From: a virus
Lineage: Duplodnaviria > Caudoviricetes
DNA length: 64,000 nucleotides
IMG/VR virus record: IMGVR_UViG_3300032280_000320
Span: 32,001-96,000 of that record
Direction: 5' to 3' (one strand)
How positions within the stretch are numbered: position 1 is the stretch's first letter; the number at the start of each line of letters is the position of its first letter. Of this stretch, positions 56,647 to 64,000 are shown piece after piece. A model generated the notes under the pieces. The model did no database searches, was not told the DNA's origin, and saw nothing but the letters and a program-made list of their open reading frames with translations. The position numbers and the translations under genes were made by a program.

Positions 56647-57939
56647 TTATTTAAGTAGTGTTCCAGTTACTTTGATTGTTGAATCATTTACTGGATTTAC
56701 TCTTATCTGAACATTTGCTCCAGATACTATTGCTGTAATTGAACCTCTTGATCCATTAGTTCCAACAATTGCATATTCTGTAATTGCTACGTTATCTGAT
56801 GAATCTAGTGTTAATAGAATTTCTGATATCTCATTGTGTGTTCCATTGTCAATTTTAACAAGGAACTTTCCTGAACGGTAATCTGCTTTTGGCCACTCGT
56901 AAGCAGTTACTATAACTGATCCAAGTGATGTTGATGATGCTGCAATTTGCTTAGCCTGATCATTAACATTTAGAGCTGTAAAGGCTGTGGTTCCGTTTTG
57001 CTGTGCTGTATTAGCTGCTGCTGCTGTAGCTTCTGCTGCTGCTTGAGCGGCGTTGGCCTTAGTTGTAGCGTCTGTTGCTGCTGCAGAAATTGCTGCTGCT
57101 TGAGCGGCGTTAGCCTTAGTTGTAGCGTCTGTTGCTGCTGCAGAAATTGCTGCTGCTTGAGCGGCGTTGGCCTTAGTTGTAGCGTCTGATGCTGCAGTTG
57201 AAACGGCTGTTGCAATGTTTGTCGCAACATCTGATGAGTTAGCCTTTGTTGCCAAAGCTGTTGTAATAGTTGTTGTGTAATTAGCATCATCATTTATTGC
57301 TGCTGCTAATTCATTTAATGTATTAAGAAGTGCTGGTGCACCATCTACTAATGAGTCTACTGCAGTTGAAATTGCTGTATTACGATTTGTAACCTCTGTT
57401 GAGATTGCAGTTGAAAGTGCTGCTGCTGCTGTAGCTTCTGCTGCTGCTTGAGCGGCGTTAGCCTTAGTTGTAGCGTCTGTTGCTGCTGCAGAAATTGCTG
57501 CTGCTTGAGCGGCGTTGGCCTTAGTTGTAGCGTCTGATGCTGCTGTAGCAACTGAGGCTGCGTCGCCTGATACTCTAAGTGCTGCTTCTGCTGCTACCTT
57601 TGTTGTAGCATCTGTTGCTGCTGCAGTAATTGCTGCAGACTGTGCTGCATTAGCTTTTGATGTTGCGTCAGATGCTGCGGTTGCTTCTGCTGCAGACTGT
57701 GCTGCTGCTGCTGAACCTGCTGGATCAAATACGCCAGATTTTACGGAGAGTTTTCCTGCTCCATTTACTTCAAGTTGTGTAGCCTCTACGGACTTTACAA
57801 GAGTTGCTCCACCAACAAGATTCAGAATATAATTATCTGCACCTGTTTCTGTAAGTATATTTTGGCCATTAATTGTACCCGTTGTACCTTCTACAATTAA
57901 GCCTTGTTTAATTCTAAAGTTCTTATTTACTGTTGCCAT
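56647..57939 (-). CDS. Ala-rich coiled-coil virion fibre protein
   Basis: 20-aa repeats ATDATTKANAAQAAAISAAA (60-bp DNA period); GAPALLNTLNELAAAINDD; beta-rich C-terminal domain. Confidence 0.75.
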   Translation of the reverse strand: MATVNKNFRIKQGLIVEGTTGTINGQNILTETGADNYILNLVGGATLVKSVEATQLEVNGAGKLSVKSGVFDPAGSAAAAQSAAEATAASDATSKANAAQSAAITAAATDATTKVAAEAALRVSGDAASVATAASDATTKANAAQAAAISAAATDATTKANAAQAAAEATAAAALSTAISTEVTNRNTAISTAVDSLVDGAPALLNTLNELAAAINDDANYTTTITTALATKANSSDVATNIATAVSTAASDATTKANAAQAAAISAAATDATTKANAAQAAAISAAATDATTKANAAQAAAEATAAAANTAQQNGTTAFTALNVNDQAKQIAASSTSLGSVIVTAYEWPKADYRSGKFLVKIDNGTHNEISEILLTLDSSDNVAITEYAIVGTNGSRGSITAIVSGANVQIRVNPVNDSTIKVTGTLLK

Positions 57940-57953
57940 TTGCAACCCCCTTG

Positions 57954-58505
57954 TTAAGCTTTAAGCGCAGTTCTGTAATATCTAGCAGTTACGCTAGCGG
58001 CTACAGGAGTTACGCATAAACCAATTATACCTGAATTTTCTTCAAAAGTAACAGAAGCAAGCGTGTTATTTGTATTAGAAATAATGTTTGATTCTGCTAC
58101 GTTTATGTTTGTACCATCATTCAAAATCACTAGAGATGAAGAAACGTATTCATTACCTCTTGTAATCTGAAGTTCATATTTTACTGTTCTGTATACTGTT
58201 TTTGAAAAAGTATCAATTGTTGTTTTGTTTTCTATACCATTTATAACAACATCATTATTACCTTCAAGGCCGAAAAGAATATCTCCAGCGTCTGTGGTAT
58301 TTTGAAGTGTTGTAAGAGCAGTAGAAATCTCTGAGACCTTGTAGTCTAATGAGTCTGGATCTGTAGATCCATCTACACCAACCTTTGTCTGTATTGCTTC
58401 TAGAGCATCATTGATGTCTGTGTGAAGAGCTGCGTGACCAGATAAAGAGTCTGTTGCCGACGGATTATCTAGGTTATCTAAAGTTGTTGGAAAATCTGTT
58501 GCCAT
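57954..58505 (-). CDS. virion structural protein (putative)
   Basis: MATDFPTTLD...HTDINDALEAIQTKVG N-terminus; C-terminal domain (YRTVKYELQI...INVAESNII) resembles that of 56647..57939. Confidence 0.65.
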   Translation of the reverse strand: MATDFPTTLDNLDNPSATDSLSGHAALHTDINDALEAIQTKVGVDGSTDPDSLDYKVSEISTALTTLQNTTDAGDILFGLEGNNDVVINGIENKTTIDTFSKTVYRTVKYELQITRGNEYVSSSLVILNDGTNINVAESNIISNTNNTLASVTFEENSGIIGLCVTPVAASVTARYYRTALKA

Positions 58506-58558
58506 GTTGCCTCCATGCGGTGTAACCTTATCTAATTATATCGTATATTTTATTATGA

Positions 58559-58792
58559 TTACCACTTTTTTAGTGGACATTCCGCATATTTTATTTTTGT
58601 TTTAGCTTTCATTATACACCCACATTCTTTACATTGTGTTGTAAGACTTATGAATCTTGGGCATTCTTTGCATATAGATAGTTTTGATTCCGCTTCATCA
58701 TCAGATACATACTCAGTTCTAGGATTCAATAAATCCCACGGTCTTGTATCTCCAAGCTTTTCTTTATAGTTTTCCCATGCAGAAAGTGTCAT
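58559..58792 (-). CDS. small Cys-rich protein (DUF6171-like)
   Basis: ICKECP...QCKECGCIMKAKTK...CPLKKW; start overlaps the stop of the PPxF gene (TAATG). Confidence 0.7.
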   Translation of the reverse strand: MTLSAWENYKEKLGDTRPWDLLNPRTEYVSDDEAESKLSICKECPRFISLTTQCKECGCIMKAKTKIKYAECPLKKW

Positions 58793-61173
58793 TAGTATCT
58801 AAATCCAAAACGTGGTGGTGAAACAGCAAAGTGTGGTGGGAAGAACGGTGGGAAGTGTGGTGGTGTGAATGCAAAGTATGGGAATCCACTAAAGTACGGT
58901 GGGAAAAACGGTGGGAAGTGTGGTGGGAAGAACGGTGGGAAGTGAGGTGGGAAGAACGGTGGGAAGAACGGTGGGAAGTGTGGTGGGAAGAACGGTGGGA
59001 AGTGTGGTGGTGTAAATGCAAAGTATGGGAATCCGCCAAAGTACGGTGGGAAGAACGGTGGGAAGTGTGGTGGTGAAAACGCAACGGTTGCACAAGCTGC
59101 TTGTGCGGCAGCAGCGAGTGCTGCTGCATAGGTAGATCTATAAACTATTTTTTCTCTTGAATTAGATGCGCCAGTTAGTACATCTGCTGGCATTGATGAT
59201 GCAGTATAAGGACCAGCAGCAGAAGGGGCGGATATATATGCACCGCTGTTTGCATTACACCAGGAAGTTCCAATGTAATATTCTATTGCAATAGGTTCTA
59301 CATATCCGCAATCTGCTGAATTCCAAGTCCAATATACAGTTGCCTGATAAGTCTTATCTCCATATGTTGGTGATCCAGTACAGTCTCTATAAATTCCTTG
59401 AGCAACTCCATTTAAATAATATTGTTCTCTGTATCCATAAATTGGTCTGGACCAAGTCATTTTTGTTGTTCCAGTACAGTCATATCCATAATCAGTTCCG
59501 TTATTATACTGTGTACATGCACCCCAAGTTGCTACTGGTGCAGGTGCAGAAGGAACTCTAGAATTTGATGTTGCAGTTGCTGATCCTGCGCTATTGCTTG
59601 CTGTAACTATACATTTAATTGAAAATCCATCTAGGTATGATGGTGTTGTTATTGAAGATCCAGTTCCTATATTTATCCAAACTGATCCCTGGTCATTATA
59701 CTGCCACTGATAAGAGTAAGATGTTGGATTATTATTCCAAGTTCCAACACTTGATACTGACCAGTCTCTATTTGATCCAGATATAACTGGTGAGCCACCA
59801 GCCCATGTTGGCGCAATAACTGTTGGTGGTTTAACAACTGATTGAGCTGAGTTGCTGCTTGCCACTGGTGTAGTTAAAGTTAAATCGGTTAACAAAAGTT
59901 GTACGGTACATGATATTGCTTTGTTGTCATAAGCTGTTGTGTCATAAAGATTAATTGTATCTGATTCATATATAAATATATTATCTATTGGTGATCCGTC
60001 TGCAAACCATTCATATAAATATGAATATATTGATGAAGTGTTTGTCCATGTTCCAGTTGTTGCAGAAAATACTCTTCCATTAGATGTAGACACTGTAGGG
60101 GCTACTGTATTTACTGGTTTTGGTACCGCTGGGTAATTGATTGCAAGTCCAGGAGAAGAGCTCCAAGATGTCTCATCAAATCTTGGCGCAGTTCCATTTA
60201 TTGTTATTGTAAATGAGCCAAACGATGCGCCTCCTACTCCAACCTCTTGAATAGTATATGAGGTTACGTTAGGTCCTCCATTCATAAAGCTACCTGCGTA
60301 TGAAACCCCATTATTATATATAATCCAAGATGTTGGCTGTATTAAATTTAATGACCAGTTTAATGTTGCGCCAGACATGTTCGCCCCAGTCATTGTAGTT
60401 GTTACTGATGGCTTATTTGGCTTTAGGTCATTAACGGATCCATTTTTACCATAGCCCGTTACTGTCATTCCACTCACATTGGAAGTGTTTAAAGGATTAA
60501 TTAACAGGCCAATAGTCCCATCAGCATTACCAGTATCAAATGTATATGTGTTAACATCTCCAAGAGAAGGCACCTGGGTAAATGATACTTCAGGACCTTG
60601 ATATTGTAGATAGAAATCATTTGCTCCAATTGGCTTTACCCAATCAATCTTTACAACACCATTTTCTACAACTGTAACAGTTAAGTTTGTTAATTTTTGT
60701 GGGGCAATAATAGGTGTTGGTAAAGTATATACTGGCTCTCTGTTATCTCCATATTGATTGGTTGCAGTAACTTTGCATCTTACTACATATCCAACATATT
60801 TTAATGTTCTTGAAGAATTCCATTCATCTTCATTTAAGAATAACGAGTTCTCTGTTTTACCATTAATGTCAGACCAATTTAAAGATGATCCAGAATAAGG
60901 AGCTTTTTGCCATTGGTACCTATAAGATGTTGGAGAATTATCCCATGTTCCAGTTGAGACAGATATGGTTTCTTGTGCTCCATATAAATAATTATCTGGT
61001 TGTAAAGATATAATTGGCAATACTTTGTTTATTGGAGTAACTTCTGTTACTGGTTTCCAAGTTGTGCCGTCATAAATAAAAATGCGCTTAGCATCATTCC
61101 AGGTAATCCCGTCATGAAGTTTTATTTTTTTGAAGGGATTCCACGAAGAACCATTCCAAATATTTAGCGGCAT
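58792..61173 (-). CDS. Ig/FN3-repeat virion protein with Cys-containing region and C-terminal (PPxF)n tail
   Basis: N-terminal IWNGSSW / DGITW / DGTTW; three Ig-like GTW..xPTSY.YQW...C.VTA.N modules; 17 PPxF units ending PPRFGFRY. Confidence 0.85.
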   Translation of the reverse strand: MPLNIWNGSSWNPFKKIKLHDGITWNDAKRIFIYDGTTWKPVTEVTPINKVLPIISLQPDNYLYGAQETISVSTGTWDNSPTSYRYQWQKAPYSGSSLNWSDINGKTENSLFLNEDEWNSSRTLKYVGYVVRCKVTATNQYGDNREPVYTLPTPIIAPQKLTNLTVTVVENGVVKIDWVKPIGANDFYLQYQGPEVSFTQVPSLGDVNTYTFDTGNADGTIGLLINPLNTSNVSGMTVTGYGKNGSVNDLKPNKPSVTTTMTGANMSGATLNWSLNLIQPTSWIIYNNGVSYAGSFMNGGPNVTSYTIQEVGVGGASFGSFTITINGTAPRFDETSWSSSPGLAINYPAVPKPVNTVAPTVSTSNGRVFSATTGTWTNTSSIYSYLYEWFADGSPIDNIFIYESDTINLYDTTAYDNKAISCTVQLLLTDLTLTTPVASSNSAQSVVKPPTVIAPTWAGGSPVISGSNRDWSVSSVGTWNNNPTSYSYQWQYNDQGSVWINIGTGSSITTPSYLDGFSIKCIVTASNSAGSATATSNSRVPSAPAPVATWGACTQYNNGTDYGYDCTGTTKMTWSRPIYGYREQYYLNGVAQGIYRDCTGSPTYGDKTYQATVYWTWNSADCGYVEPIAIEYYIGTSWCNANSGAYISAPSAAGPYTASSMPADVLTGASNSREKIVYRSTYAAALAAAAQAACATVAFSPPHFPPFFPPYFGGFPYFAFTPPHFPPFFPPHFPPFFPPFFPPHFPPFFPPHFPPFFPPYFSGFPYFAFTPPHFPPFFPPHFAVSPPRFGFRY
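58795..59075 (-). repeat. 12-bp coding tandem repeat (PPxF), second copy
   Basis: Same GGTGGGAAG-NNN unit; blocks of 3, 10 and 3 units separated by [G/S]GFPYFAFT. Confidence 0.95.
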
Positions 61174-61184
61174 TTAATCTCCTA

Positions 61185-63128
61185 TCAGTATTGTATGTAA
61201 ATATCTCCAGCTACGGGGCTCACTATAGAAGGTGTCTCTGATGTTCCGTATGCAATTTTGTTCTGTACATTTGGTGTAGCAGGATTTGTATAGCCACCTA
61301 GTGTTATTGTTTCTCCCAAGTTTACTACGTTACCATTTATTCCAATATAGGCTGTTTCTATTTTGCTATTTGGAATTGATCCAGTTAATGCTGAACTTGC
61401 TATTGATGAATCTGCAAAAGTAACATTGGCATTAGCAAATGAAACTGTTCCTGCAAAAACTGGGCTAATTAGGGTTGCATATAGAGAAAGGTCAACCGAT
61501 GCCCATGATGCAGAGGATCCGTTTGTTGTTAAAAATTTACCATTATTATCTAATTGATTTGGTAATGTATTTATTCCAGTAACTGTTGCATTTGTAAAAT
61601 CTACAGTTCCAGAAAATGATGGTGATGCAAGTGGTGCTTTGAGCTCTAAATCAGATTGAGATCCTTTTAAATTTAAAGCAGATTGTGTTGCTGTTGAAAT
61701 AGGTTTGTCTAAATCGCTAGTATCATTAACATTTCCAAGGCCAACCATTGATTTTGTTATTCCAGAAACAGTTCCTGTAAATGTAGGATTTGCAATTGGT
61801 GCCTTTAATGCAACATTAGTAATTGTTTCATATGTTGTTGCCGCATCCGAAGAATTTAGCTTATTGCCAACTACTGTAGTCAAAGAATTAATTACATTAG
61901 CATCATCTCCAAGTGCTGCAGAAAGCTCAGCAATTGTATTTAATGCTGCAGGTGCAGTACCAACAAGTGCTGCAATTGCATTATCTGCGTATAGCTTTGT
62001 TGCGATTGTGTCTGGTATAACCGACTCTAGTATTTTGCTAGTTGAATCTAAACCTGCGTAACCATTTTGCTGGTTTCTTAATGAGTCAAGAACATAATCT
62101 CCAAGAGAGTTTTCAATATTTGTAACTTCTTGATTTGTATCAGCAATCATGTCCATTAAAGATGTTCTTAACTCATCATCTGCTGTTTGTAGTGCTGCTA
62201 CTCTTGAATTAATTGTTGGGGTTAATGCTGAAATTGCCCTAGGGTTTGTAAAATAAAGGTTTGTTCCTTCTGGTAGGTTGGTAGTAGAAGTTATTACGCT
62301 TCCTCCGCTTCCCACTGGTATTGCTGCTATTGCTGCAACAATATCTGGGGCAACCGCATCTTTAGCTCTTTGTGCTGTAAAGTAAAGTCTGCTGCCCTCT
62401 GCTACATCGGAAGTTGTAAGATCCATAATTTCAGCTTGTATTGCAATATTTCTATTTATAACTTCATTACCTATAGCTGTGCTTATTGCGGTATTTCTGT
62501 TACCAACTTCTTGTGTAATTGCTGTTGATACAGCAGTATTGATTGCAGATGTTGTATCAGTCAAAGCTTGATTAACTTTAGTTGTTGCATCGTTTGAAGC
62601 TGTGCTTATTGCTTCTGATTTTGCAGTTGCAATTTTTCCTTCAGCATTTGATATTGCTGTGGCCTGTGCTGTATTAGCTTTTGTTGTTGCATCTGTTGCG
62701 GCAGCAGCTATGGCAGCAGCTTGTGCTGCATTAGCTTTTGTTGTTGCATCTGCTGCGGCAGTTGTCGATATACCTGAAACAATTGAGGCATTTGCTGCAA
62801 TTGCTCTAGCATCAGTAAAGTATTTATTTGTTCCTTCAGTTAGGCTTGTTGTAGTTAATGCAGCTATGGCAGCTGCAATTTCTCCAGATACTGAGGTTTG
62901 GTTTGGCAGTTGGGATGTAGGAATTTTACCACTTGAATCAAGTGTTGCTATACCATTTGCTTCTCCTGGTTTAAATGCATAAGATGATACTGAATTCCAT
63001 CTTGATCCATTACCAATTTTAAATTTGTTAGTATCTGATTCTATTCCTATTTCTCCAGCAAGAAGAACTGGGTTGTTTAGTACCCAATTTGATGCTGTAT
63101 CTCTTCTAAGTTTTATTCTGACTGCCAT
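61185..63128 (-). CDS. fibre protein with Mtd-N-like N-terminus
   Basis: RIKLRRDTASNWVLNNPVLLAGEIGIESDTNKFKIGNG; three EG.xLYFT..RA repeats; APAALNTIAELSAALGDD; ends AGDIYIQY. Confidence 0.8.
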   Translation of the reverse strand: MAVRIKLRRDTASNWVLNNPVLLAGEIGIESDTNKFKIGNGSRWNSVSSYAFKPGEANGIATLDSSGKIPTSQLPNQTSVSGEIAAAIAALTTTSLTEGTNKYFTDARAIAANASIVSGISTTAAADATTKANAAQAAAIAAAATDATTKANTAQATAISNAEGKIATAKSEAISTASNDATTKVNQALTDTTSAINTAVSTAITQEVGNRNTAISTAIGNEVINRNIAIQAEIMDLTTSDVAEGSRLYFTAQRAKDAVAPDIVAAIAAIPVGSGGSVITSTTNLPEGTNLYFTNPRAISALTPTINSRVAALQTADDELRTSLMDMIADTNQEVTNIENSLGDYVLDSLRNQQNGYAGLDSTSKILESVIPDTIATKLYADNAIAALVGTAPAALNTIAELSAALGDDANVINSLTTVVGNKLNSSDAATTYETITNVALKAPIANPTFTGTVSGITKSMVGLGNVNDTSDLDKPISTATQSALNLKGSQSDLELKAPLASPSFSGTVDFTNATVTGINTLPNQLDNNGKFLTTNGSSASWASVDLSLYATLISPVFAGTVSFANANVTFADSSIASSALTGSIPNSKIETAYIGINGNVVNLGETITLGGYTNPATPNVQNKIAYGTSETPSIVSPVAGDIYIQY

Positions 63129-63580
63129 TATACTGATGCTCCTCCGTCAAGGATGTCTCCAACAAAATCTGTAGAGTCTCCTCCTATAATTAATGTGTCT
63201 TCTGGTGTTTCTTCTGGTTCTCCCCCATCAAATAATGTTAGATTATCCCAGCTTGGGTTTTCATTTGATAAAGAAGGTGTTCCGCCTTCTACTCCAACAA
63301 CTTCTGGGAGGATAACTGCGGGAGATGCAATTTCATTATACTCCAAGAAAGTGATTGGATTTTGAATATCAATTGTATGGACTTCTCCATCAAATGCGTG
63401 AGTATGTCTATAAAATGGAGTTGGGTCTGTACTTGGTGGAGTTAGCTCAATCCATGAATCACCATTGTGAATTCTTAAATTTTTGCTAATTACATTAAAG
63501 TAGACATCGCCTTCTTTTCCAGATGACGGATCTACTTCCATTGTAAGTAAGTTTAACGCAACTTTCATTTGTCTAGACAT
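63128..63580 (-). CDS. acidic virion protein with DGG-type motifs
   Basis: DPSSGKEGDVYFN...NGDSW; VEGG / FDGG / IIGG / ILDGG tail; coupled to the Mtd-N gene. Confidence 0.65.
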   Translation of the reverse strand: MSRQMKVALNLLTMEVDPSSGKEGDVYFNVISKNLRIHNGDSWIELTPPSTDPTPFYRHTHAFDGEVHTIDIQNPITFLEYNEIASPAVILPEVVGVEGGTPSLSNENPSWDNLTLFDGGEPEETPEDTLIIGGDSTDFVGDILDGGASV

Positions 63581-63581
63581 A

Positions 63582-64000
63582 TTAACCTACTACTACTACT
63601 TTAAACTCTCCAGCTGAAGGTGCGACTGCAAAATCAACTTTAACATTATTTTCATCATGCAACTTAATGTCTGCTTCTACAAGTGAGCCAGTTGCTGTAT
63701 CAAATACCTGTACTGTAACTTCTAAGGTTCCAAGTTTATGTTCTACTGTATATGATGTTTGTGATGTGCCAAGTGTTGTTACTGACTTTCTAGCAATTGA
63801 GTGATAGTCTACTCCATTGTTTGTTAGTGACCACTTGTCTGTTGCTTCATTCCATAAAATTTCAACATCTGCGTCTGAACCACGTTCTACCATTATTCCA
63901 GCATTTGTAGTTGCAGATCCAGTGGCATTGCTATTAAGCTTTACCTTGTTATCTTCAATGTTAATCTGTGTAGTGTTTACAGAGTTAACTGTTCCAATAA
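63582..64000 (-). CDS. virion structural protein, C-terminal part (starts beyond window)
   Basis: Frame open from the window edge: IGTVNSVNTTQINIEDNKVKLNSN...AGIMVERGSDAD...VEHKLGT..VTVQVFD. Confidence 0.7.
   Translation of the reverse strand, partial: IGTVNSVNTTQINIEDNKVKLNSNATGSATTNAGIMVERGSDADVEILWNEATDKWSLTNNGVDYHSIARKSVTTLGTSQTSYTVEHKLGTLEVTVQVFDTATGSLVEADIKLHDENNVKVDFAVAPSAGEFKVVVVG

Noticed and set aside
56970-57832. Gln-rich and Cys-rich ORFs
   Set aside because: Alternate-frame or antisense readings of the GCA/GCT Ala repeats in 56647..57939.
13485-62982. Numerous other + strand ORFs of 60-200 aa
   Set aside because: All lie antisense within well-supported minus-strand genes and have no recognisable motifs.
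54100-63128. Diversity-generating retroelement suggested by Mtd-N-like domains and duplicated repeats
   Set aside because: No reverse transcriptase in the window, no C-type-lectin variable region recognised, and differences between repeat copies are not adenine-specific.
1-64000. Alternative genetic code or prophage/host boundary
   Set aside because: Long genes are intact under the standard code and all three stop codons are used; no integrase, att-like site or host housekeeping region is visible.

Overview
A 64-kb segment of an AT-rich (roughly 35-40% GC by eye, not computed) long-tailed dsDNA phage genome, with essentially every real gene on the minus strand. In transcription order (right to left) it holds: (i) ~18 kb of accessory fibre-type virion genes and modifying enzymes (64-45.3 kb); (ii) head genes (portal, prohead protease/scaffold, HK97-type capsid, head-tail proteins); (iii) tail genes (major tail, tail assembly chaperones with a CCCAAAC -1 frameshift site, a 3865-aa tape measure, minor tail proteins, an S74-chaperoned fibre); (iv) replication/recombination genes (metallophosphoesterase, DnaB, primase, gp32-like SSB, tRNA-Leu(UAA), DnaE, MazG-like, RecA, resolvase-like, OB-fold SSB, Cas4-like nuclease). 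An actinobacterial host is inferred (SSB type, apparently leaderless genes, tRNA-Leu(UAA), gene content) but not proven. No terminase, lysis or integrase gene was recognised in the window. The best candidate for an undescribed system: two otherwise unrelated fibre-associated proteins each end in a long (Pro-Pro-X-Phe)n tail with an identical PPRFGFRY terminus, and an operon of seven intact prolyl-4-hydroxylase-like 2OG-Fe(II) oxygenases plus two DUF6065-like proteins lies between one of them and a collagen-repeat fibre gene. This suggests phage-encoded post-translational tailoring of virion fibre tips. Second highlight: the tape measure looks like a modular cargo polyprotein (kinase-like, OmpA-like and unknown domains delimited by recurring xxGG motifs). 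All family assignments are from motif recognition by eye; no searches were run.
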